Assembly: GCA_963700635.1 (NCBI GenBank)
Contig: CAVOYH010000004.1
Span: 928,001 to 992,000 of the forward strand
DNA length: 64,000 nt
Reading direction: 5' to 3'
From: an uncultured Bacteroidota bacterium
GTDB taxonomy: Bacteria > Bacteroidota > Ignavibacteria > UBA10030 > UBA6906
In this document: one piece after another, positions 28,418 to 37,788 of the stretch
How the letters are laid out: every line of letters begins with the position of its first letter
Position numbering within the stretch: the first letter of the stretch is position 1
Notes under the pieces: model-generated
What the model was told of the DNA's origin: nothing
Database searches by the model: none
The model's input: the letters and a program-made list of their open reading frames with translations, nothing else
Translations under genes and position numbers: made by a program

Positions 28418-30099
28418 TACCTTCTCACCAGGGCGATTTTTCCGCGGAGTCGCCCGTCTGCGAGGTCCAGAACAAAAAAATAGACGCCGCTGGGGACACT
28501 CCGTCCATCGTTGTCTTTTCCCTCCCAGAAAAACATCTGGCGGTCAAGGAAGAGGCCGGAGACAAGATTGTCGCCTGCGTACACGAGGTCCATGCCCGCG
28601 GAATATATGTACAACGATCCCCGGACCTGGTCTCGCGACCCCACCGGGACGCCAACCCGCGTGTGGATTGCCGGCATAAATGGACTCGGAATCGGGCGCC
28701 CCTCCAGTATCGTTTCAGGAGAGAAGTTCCTCCCGATGCTGTCTCCCTGCACGTACCAGGTTGTCCAGGCCGAAAGGTCTGCTACTTCCAGGAAGGCAAA
28801 AATACCCAGTGGAGTCGGGAGGTATGTTTCGTCCGGCCGGGATGATTGAAAATGGTACGTGTAGGATTTTGTCGGCGGAGAACTTGATCCGGCACCAGCA
28901 AGGTCCATATTGTTGAGAATCACGGTCATGGTATCCGGCGGGCGAATGACCTCGTAATACCGGGAACCGAGGGCGGGCAGGCTTCCCTGGACATCCCGCG
29001 TTGGGGGCGTGAACTCCACAGGCACCTGGATCATGGATGGGTAGTCCGCCCCGTCGGGATAATACTTTTCCGGATTGCTCCGTGAACCGGTGAAGACATT
29101 CCACAGCGTCCAATCGGTGAAGGCTGCGCTAAAATCAGAATTCTGGTTCCGCAATGCTCTGTCAATGGCCTGGAGGGGCGGCACGATCCTGATCTGCTCC
29201 CAGCTTGCCCGCATCAGGTCCCGCCCGAACTTTTTGCTCACATAATGTCCCCACAGGCTCCGGCTATACATGACAATCTCATTGGATGAGAACGATTTGT
29301 CCGGATTCCGAAAGTGTCCCCCGAACGAGCCGAGATAGTTCAGGTAGTCATCCACGTCCGGGTACACCACATCTTCCATCCAGGTGGAGGTAATCTCATA
29401 AAAGAACACGTGCTCGGTCCAGTATCCATAATTGCCGATCTGGAGAGCGTGATGAAGTTCATGAGCGAGCGTGACGCGGAGTCCAGGAAGACCGCGGTTT
29501 TCGAGCGGACGCACAAAAACAAAATCATTGTCGATCGTGATAAATGTCGATGATGTGCCTCCTTCCGGCGGCCAGGTATCGGGAGTGGCATACCCGTACA
29601 TCGCCCCGAGCTCCATAACGAAGATGTCATATTCCGGCCCGCCGCCCAGAGTGCCGTCGGAGGGGAGAGTGCCGTACCCCAGGGTTTGCGTTTCGAGAGG
29701 GGCGATGTATGCCAGTGAAACAAAGATCGAGTCCACGTAGGCGAACGCCGTATTGGGAAGACGTGCCCCGTTCTGGTCCAGCATGGCGGGTGTGTGCACG
29801 CCGGTTGTATCAAAGTGAACGCGGAATTCCCCCCGGACGATGTTCGTCTGCATGCTGGGTCGGGTGAGTATTTGGTGAACCGATTGTTGCAGGGATCCGC
29901 GGGCACTCTGGCGGATGTTCAGTGCGTGGAAGACCGAGGGGAGAGCGCATTTTACAGGTTCCCCTTCCGGAGGTGTTGTCCCCTGCTCCTGCATCAGCAA
30001 CCGCACCGCTGATGCGGCGGGCGATTCAATTGAGTGCTGCGTCCAGGCCGTCTGCACGGTCAGCACAACAAGCAGGAGGATTCCCAGGCGAAGGTTCAT
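28417..30099 (-). CDS. Secreted putative zinc metalloprotease (MXAN_6640-like) with a FlgD-like/T9SS C-terminal domain
   Basis: Signal peptide, TLAHELHHALQ followed by E.TSTWMED, and C-terminal WEGKDNDGRSVPSGVYF...KIALVR. Confidence 0.72.
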   Translation of the reverse strand: MNLRLGILLLVVLTVQTAWTQHSIESPAASAVRLLMQEQGTTPPEGEPVKCALPSVFHALNIRQSARGSLQQSVHQILTRPSMQTNIVRGEFRVHFDTTGVHTPAMLDQNGARLPNTAFAYVDSIFVSLAYIAPLETQTLGYGTLPSDGTLGGGPEYDIFVMELGAMYGYATPDTWPPEGGTSSTFITIDNDFVFVRPLENRGLPGLRVTLAHELHHALQIGNYGYWTEHVFFYEITSTWMEDVVYPDVDDYLNYLGSFGGHFRNPDKSFSSNEIVMYSRSLWGHYVSKKFGRDLMRASWEQIRIVPPLQAIDRALRNQNSDFSAAFTDWTLWNVFTGSRSNPEKYYPDGADYPSMIQVPVEFTPPTRDVQGSLPALGSRYYEVIRPPDTMTVILNNMDLAGAGSSSPPTKSYTYHFQSSRPDETYLPTPLGIFAFLEVADLSAWTTWYVQGDSIGRNFSPETILEGRPIPSPFMPAIHTRVGVPVGSRDQVRGSLYIYSAGMDLVYAGDNLVSGLFLDRQMFFWEGKDNDGRSVPSGVYFFVLDLADGRLRGKIALVRR

Positions 30100-32333
30100 C
30101 GGCCGAAGAGCCCTCTATGGAAACTCACCGTATGCCGGGAAGGAAAAGAAAGTACGATAGAGGATCCGGAAACCGGATCCCCCGTCCCAATGGCAAAAAA
30201 CTCTGCGCCATGTGCTTTGATGACAAGCTGCGGAGGCGTGTAACGCCCTCCGTGTATTCCGTACATGCAGTAGACGGCATCACGCTCCGCGTCGAGATAC
30301 ACGATATCCGTGTCACCATCATTGTCAACATCCCGAAGCGAGAGAGCATCCTCATGAGCCAGATGAATGCCGGCAGTCCAGGTGGAATCCAGCGATAAAC
30401 TCCCGTCTTCTAATCCATACGCAATGCGTAACGCCGGTTGAGGTTGCGAAAGGTACAGCAGGAGATCAGTGTGTGCGTCTCCGTTCAACGTCCCGGTCCA
30501 AAGATAGCGGACGGTGGTCGTCGTATCCGGCAGCGTGAAAAGGGGCTCGATTGTTTTGAAATCATAATCGGCGTCCGCGGGTGCGATGCAGAGCATGGAG
30601 ACCCGTGTGGATCGGTCCCTGAGCGCCAGCACGAGATCGTTTTTCATGTTTGCGGTCATGTCCCCGATCGTCATCGCCGTAATCGTGGTCGGGAGCGTGG
30701 ACCGATAGGTCCGCTCAAGAAACTGTTCGCCGCCGATTTCTTCATACAGCGTAAGGGGGGCACGGCTGCCGCCATTCTGCGCATTGCGCACCAGAATGCG
30801 GAGCCGGTGTGTCGCCGGGTCTGCTTCCGCAAGCAGGAGTGCAGGGCGGGATTCCGTCGGCACTGTCAGGAGGCGTGATCGTTCAAAAGTCCGTGAAAAC
30901 CGCGTGATCCCGATCTGTCCCAGTGCAGGATGAACTGATACAACCGTTGAGCCTGTTGACTCTCCGGCCCGGACGATTTTGAGAGGCCCGGGTTTCTCCG
31001 GAACGGACACTGCGCGCTGCCCGAGGAAAGCTCCCGTTCCTGTGCTGGCAAAAATGCTGATGCTCGAAGAGCCTGCATTGGCAACCAGCAGATCGTCAAA
31101 GCCGTCGTTTGTGCAGTCCCCTATGCCCAGCATGCGTGGCTGCACTCCCGCCGCATACTCCGTGGGCCACGCGACAAAACTGGAGTGTTGGGCGTTACCC
31201 AGCACGATGATCTTGTTTCGCTTGTGGTCGGCGATAACAAGATCCGTTTTTCGGTCTCCGTCAATATCGTCGAGACTCCACGATACCGATTCCGCCCCGG
31301 TGCCGAATTGTGTGAGGGGCATGAAGGTCGTTGACGACCGCCCGAGCGCGACCGTCATCCCCGCCGGCGTCGAGACCACCATATCCGGAAGCTGATCGTC
31401 GTTGATGAGGGAGAAGCTCACGGCGAGGGGACGAGCCGGCATATCGATTGTTTCTTTGATGGAGAATTCTCCGGCAGGTGTCCCGATCACATGCGCCACG
31501 GCGTTAAGTTCCGGCATGGTCACCAGAAACCGCAGAATGCGGCGGTTCTCCACACGCATGAACGTCATCCTGCCCGGCTCGGACGGTAAGCGGAGGGTGA
31601 CCTGTTCAGAAAACAACCCGTTGCCGACCCCAAATTGTACGACCAGGCAATCCGACAGCCAGTGGAGGAGCACAACATCGGTGATTCTGTCGCCATTGAG
31701 ATCTGTGGCGACGAGATCGCCGGCGGATATCTCCGGAAACAGAAGACGTCCGGGCGTGAACCGGCCGTCAGGAGCACCCAGCCACGGCTCTACCCCGCTC
31801 ATGTTACGCCCAAAGAAGAGCAGATCTTTTCGTCCATCGTTGTTGATGTCAGCAGTCACAAAACGCTGCGCGCGGTGTTCAAGCCGGAACTGCTGGCGCC
31901 TGTGTGTACCCTGTTCCGGCCGGAGAATTTCGACCTGCTGGCCGTCGGGTGAGAGAATCACCAGCTCGCCGATGCCGTCCCCGTTAACATCCGTTGACGT
32001 CATCATCGCTGTCGAAGTCGAGGTCGGGAGATTTCCATCCCGGACCAGACGCCCGCCGGGTGTGAACCGGTAACGATCCAGACCCGTTTTCTGCTTCGAT
32101 CCGACAAGAATGGTCGAAAGCGGCGTCAGGCGTGAGGCGACAACAACAACCGCTGAAGGTGGTTCCGGAGTGGAGATTTCGACATAGGGTCCGAACGAAA
32201 GCAGAGACCTCTGGGAGTATGCGACGTACGTCCAGATCAATTGAGCGGTGAACAGACCGGCAGCGAGGTCAAAACCCCTGCGGATCCGGGGCGGCACCGT
32301 GTGGGCGATGTGCGTCTCCCCCTTCGGGTTCAC
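30096..32333 (-). CDS. FG-GAP/VCBS repeat protein
   Basis: Repeated D(I/L/V)(N/D)(G/N)DG..D motifs. Confidence 0.8.
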   Translation of the reverse strand: MNPKGETHIAHTVPPRIRRGFDLAAGLFTAQLIWTYVAYSQRSLLSFGPYVEISTPEPPSAVVVVASRLTPLSTILVGSKQKTGLDRYRFTPGGRLVRDGNLPTSTSTAMMTSTDVNGDGIGELVILSPDGQQVEILRPEQGTHRRQQFRLEHRAQRFVTADINNDGRKDLLFFGRNMSGVEPWLGAPDGRFTPGRLLFPEISAGDLVATDLNGDRITDVVLLHWLSDCLVVQFGVGNGLFSEQVTLRLPSEPGRMTFMRVENRRILRFLVTMPELNAVAHVIGTPAGEFSIKETIDMPARPLAVSFSLINDDQLPDMVVSTPAGMTVALGRSSTTFMPLTQFGTGAESVSWSLDDIDGDRKTDLVIADHKRNKIIVLGNAQHSSFVAWPTEYAAGVQPRMLGIGDCTNDGFDDLLVANAGSSSISIFASTGTGAFLGQRAVSVPEKPGPLKIVRAGESTGSTVVSVHPALGQIGITRFSRTFERSRLLTVPTESRPALLLAEADPATHRLRILVRNAQNGGSRAPLTLYEEIGGEQFLERTYRSTLPTTITAMTIGDMTANMKNDLVLALRDRSTRVSMLCIAPADADYDFKTIEPLFTLPDTTTTVRYLWTGTLNGDAHTDLLLYLSQPQPALRIAYGLEDGSLSLDSTWTAGIHLAHEDALSLRDVDNDGDTDIVYLDAERDAVYCMYGIHGGRYTPPQLVIKAHGAEFFAIGTGDPVSGSSIVLSFPSRHTVSFHRGLFGR

Positions 32334-32806
32334 TGTTTGTCCGGCCGGCGGTTTCGAAGACGCTCTTCCCTCCGTACCTGCGCTTCGTCATAGCGCCGTT
32401 GTTCTTCGCCGGGTGCGGGAAGAATCGGTGGGACCGGTATCGGATGGCCATCTTCATTGATGGAAACGAAGGTCAGATAGGCGGTGTTGGCGCGCCGCGA
32501 CTGCATCGTTGAGGTTCCATGCGCCGTCACGCGAACCCCGATTTCCATGGACGTTCTGAATGCGCGATTCACGGAAGCCTGCAGCGTGACAACCTCACCG
32601 AGACGAATCGGGTGATGGAATGAGAGTTGATCCACCGAGGCGGTCACACACACGCGCCCCGAATGCCGCTGCGCTGCGATTGCCGCGGCGATGTCAATCC
32701 AGTGCATCAACGTCCCCCCGAGCAAATTGCCCAGCTGATTGGTATCGTTGGGGAGAACGAGTTGGGTTGTTGTGACCTGTGACTCGGCGACGGGCTTTGC
32801 CTGCAT
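32330..32806 (-). CDS. Acyl-CoA thioesterase (HotDog, YciA-like)
   Basis: VLPNDTNQLGNLLGGTLMHWID, VTASVD and RTSMEIGV. Confidence 0.93.
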   Translation of the reverse strand: MQAKPVAESQVTTTQLVLPNDTNQLGNLLGGTLMHWIDIAAAIAAQRHSGRVCVTASVDQLSFHHPIRLGEVVTLQASVNRAFRTSMEIGVRVTAHGTSTMQSRRANTAYLTFVSINEDGHPIPVPPILPAPGEEQRRYDEAQVRREERLRNRRPDKQ

Positions 32807-33618
32807 TAGAGAAACAATCCTTTTCCTTCGGTCCCGGGGCTCTGCCCGGCTGAGGGTGATTGGGATTCCAGTTCATCGTCAATCTCGTTCTTCAGCGTGT
32901 CCATCCTTCCGCGCAGCACGGAATTCGGGTAACGCTCCAGGAACCGTTTCGATTCCGCCGCCGCTTCACGGTACCGGTTCCGGCTCATGAGCAGTTCAAC
33001 TTTTCCGATGGAAGACAGAGGCGCAAATTCCGTGTCATGATATTTTTCGATGACATCGTCATAGTAGTATAACGCAGCGCGGTAGTACTCCATCGTCCGA
33101 TAAAGCCTGGCCGTGTCATATTGCTTCTTAGCGAGCCTGAGGGTGAGTTCCTTGATAATGGTATCAGCCTCGACGGCCTTTTCGTGGGAAGGATAATATT
33201 CCACAAAACTCTGTAATTCGTCAATCGAACGTTTTGTGTACTGTTGATCCAGGGAGGAACGCGGGGAGAGTTTGTAGTACGCAACACCAAGCTTGAATTG
33301 CGCATCGGCAACCCGCGGGTTTGCAGGATAGTTACGTTTTACGATTGAATATTCAAATGCAGCAAGCAGATATTCGCCCCGGGCAAACCGGCATTCCCCG
33401 AGATAGTACTGAGCGTCGGCTGCAAACGCGCTGCCCTGATATTGCAGGGTGATAACTGTAAACTCATTGACCGCAGGCAGATAATCTCCTTTGTCGAAAA
33501 GGGATTTGGCACCTGCGAAACGGTCTTCCACAGACATGACTTTGGTGACGTCGCCGCCACCGCACCCGGCAAGGAGCAGAGCGAGACAACAGATTATGCC
33601 GATACGTCGTATTACCAT
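32806..33618 (-). CDS. bamD: Outer membrane protein assembly lipoprotein BamD
   Basis: Lipobox LAGC, TPR repeats, LDQQYT and LAKKQYDTARLY. Confidence 0.92.
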   Translation of the reverse strand: MVIRRIGIICCLALLLAGCGGGDVTKVMSVEDRFAGAKSLFDKGDYLPAVNEFTVITLQYQGSAFAADAQYYLGECRFARGEYLLAAFEYSIVKRNYPANPRVADAQFKLGVAYYKLSPRSSLDQQYTKRSIDELQSFVEYYPSHEKAVEADTIIKELTLRLAKKQYDTARLYRTMEYYRAALYYYDDVIEKYHDTEFAPLSSIGKVELLMSRNRYREAAAESKRFLERYPNSVLRGRMDTLKNEIDDELESQSPSAGQSPGTEGKGLFL

Positions 33619-34661
33619 TGTACGAACTCCTCTAAGCCTCTCGATGAAAGCGCGCGGACGCGCGCGCGTACTTTGTCAAATGCCGCCCCCGGTTTAAGGA
33701 ATGTGGGCTGGAAATCACTTCGCACGGGCAGGATGCGAAAACCCTCCATCTGCCGCTTACCCTCCCGTAATGTGAGCGTCACGGATATCGCGATGCCGTG
33801 TTCTGTCCAGAACCTCCCGGGCTGTCGGAAAACAAAATTCCCGAGGGAATGGACAATCCAGGCGTTGCGATAATGTTCTACACCATACGGGACATGCGGA
33901 TGATGCCCGAGCACAAGATCAGCCCCGGCCTCGACAGCGCCCCTCCCGAACTTCTGCACTGCCGTCCCCGGCTTTTCGGTGTACTCCTGACCCCCATGAT
34001 AACTTACGATAAGAAAATCCACGGAATCCCGCCATACCCGCATTCGGGGGAAAAGTCTGCCCGTGTCTGCGCCTGCAACAACCTGTTGCCAACCTTTCGG
34101 CGAGTCATTCACGAACTCCGTGCATGCAAAGAAGGCCATCCGAAGACCGTTCCGGGTGATCACGGTTGGTTCATACAGCAGGCCCGGGTCCGCGGCGCTT
34201 CCCGCGTGTCCGACCCCAACCGAATCAAGCCACATACGCGTTTCGTGAAGGGCGTCTATCCCGAAATCCAACGCGTGGTTGTTTGCCGTGGAAACCACAT
34301 CAAACCCGCCGCGGGCGAGAGACCAGGCCGCAACGGGGGGAGCCGTGAAGATGATATTGTTGCGCGGATGTTCCGTGAGTCCACCCTGCTCCGATACCGG
34401 ACATTCAAGATTTCCAAAAACCAGGTCGTAGCCCTGAAAGGTCTCCTGCACAAATCGAAAGGGGGCAAGCGTGTCACCCGCGATCAGGATGCGTCCCATA
34501 CGCCGCCCGAGGTTGATGTCACCCACAGCGATGAACCGCACGAGTGCAGTGTCCACCTGCGTGGCTGGAGACGCAGAGCGCCCGGCAACCTCCTGCGGGT
34601 GCGAGTCCCCCGCCAGCATCAGGATCCCTAAAAGTAATACAGGGTACAGCACGCCGGTCAT
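33612..34661 (-). CDS. CapA (PGA_cap) family metallophosphatase-like protein
   Basis: VGDI, GNLE, ANNHALD, H.G.E, GHHPHV and SLGNF. Confidence 0.92.
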   Translation of the reverse strand: MTGVLYPVLLLGILMLAGDSHPQEVAGRSASPATQVDTALVRFIAVGDINLGRRMGRILIAGDTLAPFRFVQETFQGYDLVFGNLECPVSEQGGLTEHPRNNIIFTAPPVAAWSLARGGFDVVSTANNHALDFGIDALHETRMWLDSVGVGHAGSAADPGLLYEPTVITRNGLRMAFFACTEFVNDSPKGWQQVVAGADTGRLFPRMRVWRDSVDFLIVSYHGGQEYTEKPGTAVQKFGRGAVEAGADLVLGHHPHVPYGVEHYRNAWIVHSLGNFVFRQPGRFWTEHGIAISVTLTLREGKRQMEGFRILPVRSDFQPTFLKPGAAFDKVRARVRALSSRGLEEFVQW

Positions 34662-34664
34662 GGG

Positions 34665-35282
34665 TCAGCTCCTCACGCTAAACAAGAGGAAGATGGCGAT
34701 GGCGAGGCTGCCAATAAGCACCACCGGCTCAACGAGCGACGAAACAATGCCCGGCGAGGGCAGCGCCCCCCGCGTCTCGGGTACTCCGGGAGTCTCGAGT
34801 GATTCAATGTCCGAGACATCGACGGTATCCGAAAATACAACCACAGACTCCCCCGCCGTGAGCACCGTACCGGAACGTTGTTCCACGAGTTTCGTCCATA
34901 CGACGAGCTGAAGGACCCGATCAACTGATTGTGATCCGAGGAACCATGATCTGCGGGGATTGATATAGCTCACGAAAGTCCTTGTAATACCAAAATCTGC
35001 TACATAGTCGGCATCGGGTGAATTTTTTACAGAACCGGAGCGGACGCGAATAGCATCGATCACTGGCTGCTCAAGATACCAGTATCTGACCGGGGGAAGC
35101 AAGGTGTAACTCACGGTAACAGAAGGAGAGGTCGGAAGAAACGTACAGAGCGAATCGGCGACCCGGCGCATGAGTTCCTGGTAGAGCACAAGCGTCCGTC
35201 GCGGCTCTGACGGTGCATCATTGGCGAGGACAGGCGCGCTCAACGCAGACGCAGCGAGCGCAACATACCAGAACATCCTCAT
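34665..35282 (-). CDS. Hypothetical exported protein with a C-terminal TM anchor
   Basis: Signal peptide MRMFWY...VLA after a GAAGGA-like RBS; ends VEPVVLIGSLAIAIFLLFSVRS. Confidence 0.7.
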   Translation of the reverse strand: MRMFWYVALAASALSAPVLANDAPSEPRRTLVLYQELMRRVADSLCTFLPTSPSVTVSYTLLPPVRYWYLEQPVIDAIRVRSGSVKNSPDADYVADFGITRTFVSYINPRRSWFLGSQSVDRVLQLVVWTKLVEQRSGTVLTAGESVVVFSDTVDVSDIESLETPGVPETRGALPSPGIVSSLVEPVVLIGSLAIAIFLLFSVRS

Positions 35283-35314
35283 ATCCGTCTGCTTCCTTCT
35301 TTGGCTGTAAACTC

Positions 35315-35620
35315 TCAGGCCGGCTCTGGAGATTTGCCGGCAGGATCCTTGCCCGTGCGTGAGAACATGCTCTTCCGGTAGAGAATGCCGAACGGGATGA
35401 GCACACAATATCCGATAACCAGGAGAAGGGGCGCCGCAACAAGGGGCAAGAACCCTTCCACCGAACCTTCGAGCATCGCCACATAGCCTGCGGCGATCGT
35501 CACCAAGCCCGCTCCCATAATAAGGAAATTTTCTTTGGAGAGGGGCATATGGTCATCGCGCATGGCCTTGCGCGATTTACCGCGTGTCTTTATCTCTTTT
35601 GCCACGGTTCGATTCTCCAT
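35315..35620 (-). CDS. DUF3098 family membrane protein
   Basis: LSKENF....GL..I..GY..M and APLLLVIGY....GI. Confidence 0.8.
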   Translation of the reverse strand: MENRTVAKEIKTRGKSRKAMRDDHMPLSKENFLIMGAGLVTIAAGYVAMLEGSVEGFLPLVAAPLLLVIGYCVLIPFGILYRKSMFSRTGKDPAGKSPEPA

Positions 35621-35636
35621 TCAATTGGACCCCCAT

Positions 35637-35673
35637 AAAATAAAAGCCCAGCGTTGGGGGGAACGCCGGGCTT
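35637..35673 (-). terminator. Rho-independent terminator
   Basis: AAGCCCGGCGUU-CCCCCC-AACGCUGGGCUU followed by UUAUUUU. Confidence 0.8.
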
Positions 35674-35721
35674 GACCATGTTTCGTACAACAGTCAGGGG
35701 AGAAACTGTCGTATAGGTCAC
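35637..35721 (-). ncRNA. Candidate ~85-nt small RNA (or attenuator leader) with two hairpins carrying C-rich loops
   Basis: Has its own promoter. Hairpin UACGACAGU-UUCUCCCCU-GACUGUUGUA sits inside UGACC/GGUCA and is followed by a terminator hairpin. G-U pairs form only on the minus strand. Confidence 0.6.
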
Positions 35722-35724
35722 CCA

Positions 35725-35754
35725 CAAATCTACAAGAAATCGACTCTTTGTCAA
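35725..35754 (-). promoter_or_regulatory. Strong housekeeping promoter
   Basis: TTGACA (35749-35754)-N16-TAGATT(TG) (35725-35732), which also fits TAnnTTTG. Confidence 0.7.
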
Positions 35755-35847
35755 GGGGTTTGGCTTCTTTTTTTATTCGGCGAAAATGCCAGTATTATCA
35801 ACGGGAAAAGCAACCGGGGCCGGTTTCTTGCAGCTGGGGCTCCTGGC

Positions 35848-36543
35848 TCAAACATGTTCTATCACCCCGTCGACAATGCGGATGATCCTGTCAGCGCGGT
35901 TCGCAAGAGCTTCGTTATGCGTGACGACGACGAACGTTTGCCCCCGTTTTCTGCTCAGGTCCCAGATCAATCGGTGCAGGAGGTCCGCGTTGGCGCTATC
36001 CAGATTTCCGGAAGGTTCGTCGGCCAGAACAACCCGTGGATTATTCATCAGCGCACGGGCCACCGCAACACGCTGTTGTTCACCCCCGGAGAGTTGCGTA
36101 GGGCGGGCGTCCGCTCTGTTTTCGACACCAACTTCCTCGAGCAAACCGTAGGCCCTGTCCCGGACTCTTTGAAGCCGCTCCCCGCCGATCAAGGCGGGCA
36201 TGGCTACATTCTCCAGAGCCGAAAACTCCGGGAGCAGATGGTGGAATTGGAAGATAAAACCTATGGAGCGATTCCGGAATCGGGCCAGGTCTTCATCATC
36301 GAGTGCGAACACGTCCATCGTGTCGTACATCACTCCGCCGGAGGTGGGGCGATCGAGGGTTCCAAGAATATGCAGGAGCGTACTCTTGCCCGCTCCCGAG
36401 GCGCCGACCACGGCAATAATTTCCCCGGGTGCAATCTGCAACGTGATCCCGCGAAGCACGCACAATTTTGATCCCTGCGTGTCCCCCGTTTGAAATGTCT
36501 TCGTGACAGCTGAGGCCGTTATAATAGGCTGTTGGTCAGTCAT
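35848..36543 (-). CDS. lolD: Lipoprotein-releasing ABC transporter ATP-binding protein
   Basis: GASGAGKST, GFIFQFHHLLPEF and LSGGEQQR; lies downstream of two lolC/E genes. Confidence 0.93.
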   Translation of the reverse strand: MTDQQPIITASAVTKTFQTGDTQGSKLCVLRGITLQIAPGEIIAVVGASGAGKSTLLHILGTLDRPTSGGVMYDTMDVFALDDEDLARFRNRSIGFIFQFHHLLPEFSALENVAMPALIGGERLQRVRDRAYGLLEEVGVENRADARPTQLSGGEQQRVAVARALMNNPRVVLADEPSGNLDSANADLLHRLIWDLSRKRGQTFVVVTHNEALANRADRIIRIVDGVIEHV

Positions 36544-36558
36544 GTGCTGTTTTTCCTC

Positions 36559-37788
36559 TTACTCCCACCGTATTGCCTCCACGGGTGTCAGTCGCGCTGC
36601 ACGCCCCGCAGGGTATAACGAAGCAAGGATGCTCAGGAGCATCGAGGCTCCGGAAACGGCGACAAAGTCAACCCACCGTATTTCCACCGGGATAGCGGGT
36701 ATGATATAGACGGTGGGATCAAGCGGGAACAGGTGATACTGTATCTGAAGATAACAGACGGCGAGTCCGAGCAGGGAGCCCAGCAGAGTGCCAATGGTGC
36801 CCACGAGAATCCCTTCCACCATAAAAATCCGCAGGATACTGCGCCGTGTGGCACCCAGAGCTTTGAGTACGCCGATATCGCGGCGTTTTTCAATGATCCC
36901 CATCGTCAGTGACCCGAGGACGTTAAACGTAGCCACGCCAACGATCAGGCAGAGGATGATATAGGCCGTCCATCGTTCAATCTTCATCACGGAGTAAAGA
37001 TCCTTGTGAAGGTCGTACCAGCTTGACACCTGGTATGCTGCGCCGAGCCGCCTCCGAAGAAGAGATTGAACCCTGTCAGCCTGATCGATGGAGTGCAGCC
37101 GGACATCTATTCCGTTGACCTCATTCCGGAGCTGAAAGATACTTCTCGCGGTCTCAAGGGATACGAATGCATAGTGCGCGTCGTAGTCCTTGTTGTTGGA
37201 ATCGTAAATCCCCACGACGGTGCACGGTTGCACGATTGGTTCGTTGAGCTGTACCATCATGGCATCCACTCCGACGGGACTGAGGATTGCAAGGGAGGAT
37301 CCCACCATCGTGCCAAGCCGGTCCGCGAGGGTTAGCCCGAGCACAATACTCCCCTGCCCCGGTTCGTCGGCGAACTTGAACGCCCCCAGAACGGTACGCT
37401 GTTTCACCCCCGACACACCCTCAATTGTGGAATCCACAACACCTTTCACCATCACCACTTTATGGACCCGTTGGGCTACCAGCAGAGCTTTGCCGGAAAT
37501 GAATGGCGCAGCGGCTGCAACGGCGGGGTTTGCCTGGACAATGCGGAGAAGACTGTCGGAGGCCGCGATCCGGCCGCCCGAAGCCGCCTCAATCCGGATG
37601 TGCGGGTCAAATCCTACGAGCACCTGTGTCACGACACTGTTAAATCCGTTAAAAACGGAGAGGACGACGATCAATGCGGCGACACCCACGGTGATGCCGG
37701 TAACGGAAACCAGCATGATGATGTTGATAAAACGTAACTGGCGTTTTGATCGCACATACCGGGCAGCTATGAACCGTTCGAGGTACAT
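36559..37788 (-). CDS. Lipoprotein-releasing ABC transporter permease (LolC/E family)
   Basis: GVAALIVVLSVFNGF, EKRRDIGVLKALGA and YPAGRAARLTPVEAIR. Confidence 0.92.
   Translation of the reverse strand: MYLERFIAARYVRSKRQLRFINIIMLVSVTGITVGVAALIVVLSVFNGFNSVVTQVLVGFDPHIRIEAASGGRIAASDSLLRIVQANPAVAAAAPFISGKALLVAQRVHKVVMVKGVVDSTIEGVSGVKQRTVLGAFKFADEPGQGSIVLGLTLADRLGTMVGSSLAILSPVGVDAMMVQLNEPIVQPCTVVGIYDSNNKDYDAHYAFVSLETARSIFQLRNEVNGIDVRLHSIDQADRVQSLLRRRLGAAYQVSSWYDLHKDLYSVMKIERWTAYIILCLIVGVATFNVLGSLTMGIIEKRRDIGVLKALGATRRSILRIFMVEGILVGTIGTLLGSLLGLAVCYLQIQYHLFPLDPTVYIIPAIPVEIRWVDFVAVSGASMLLSILASLYPAGRAARLTPVEAIRWE

Noticed and set aside
35637-35754. 6S RNA, SRP RNA or known riboswitch as the identity of the intergenic RNA
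   Set aside because: Too short for 6S, no SRP domain IV motif, and no aptamer consensus I recognise.
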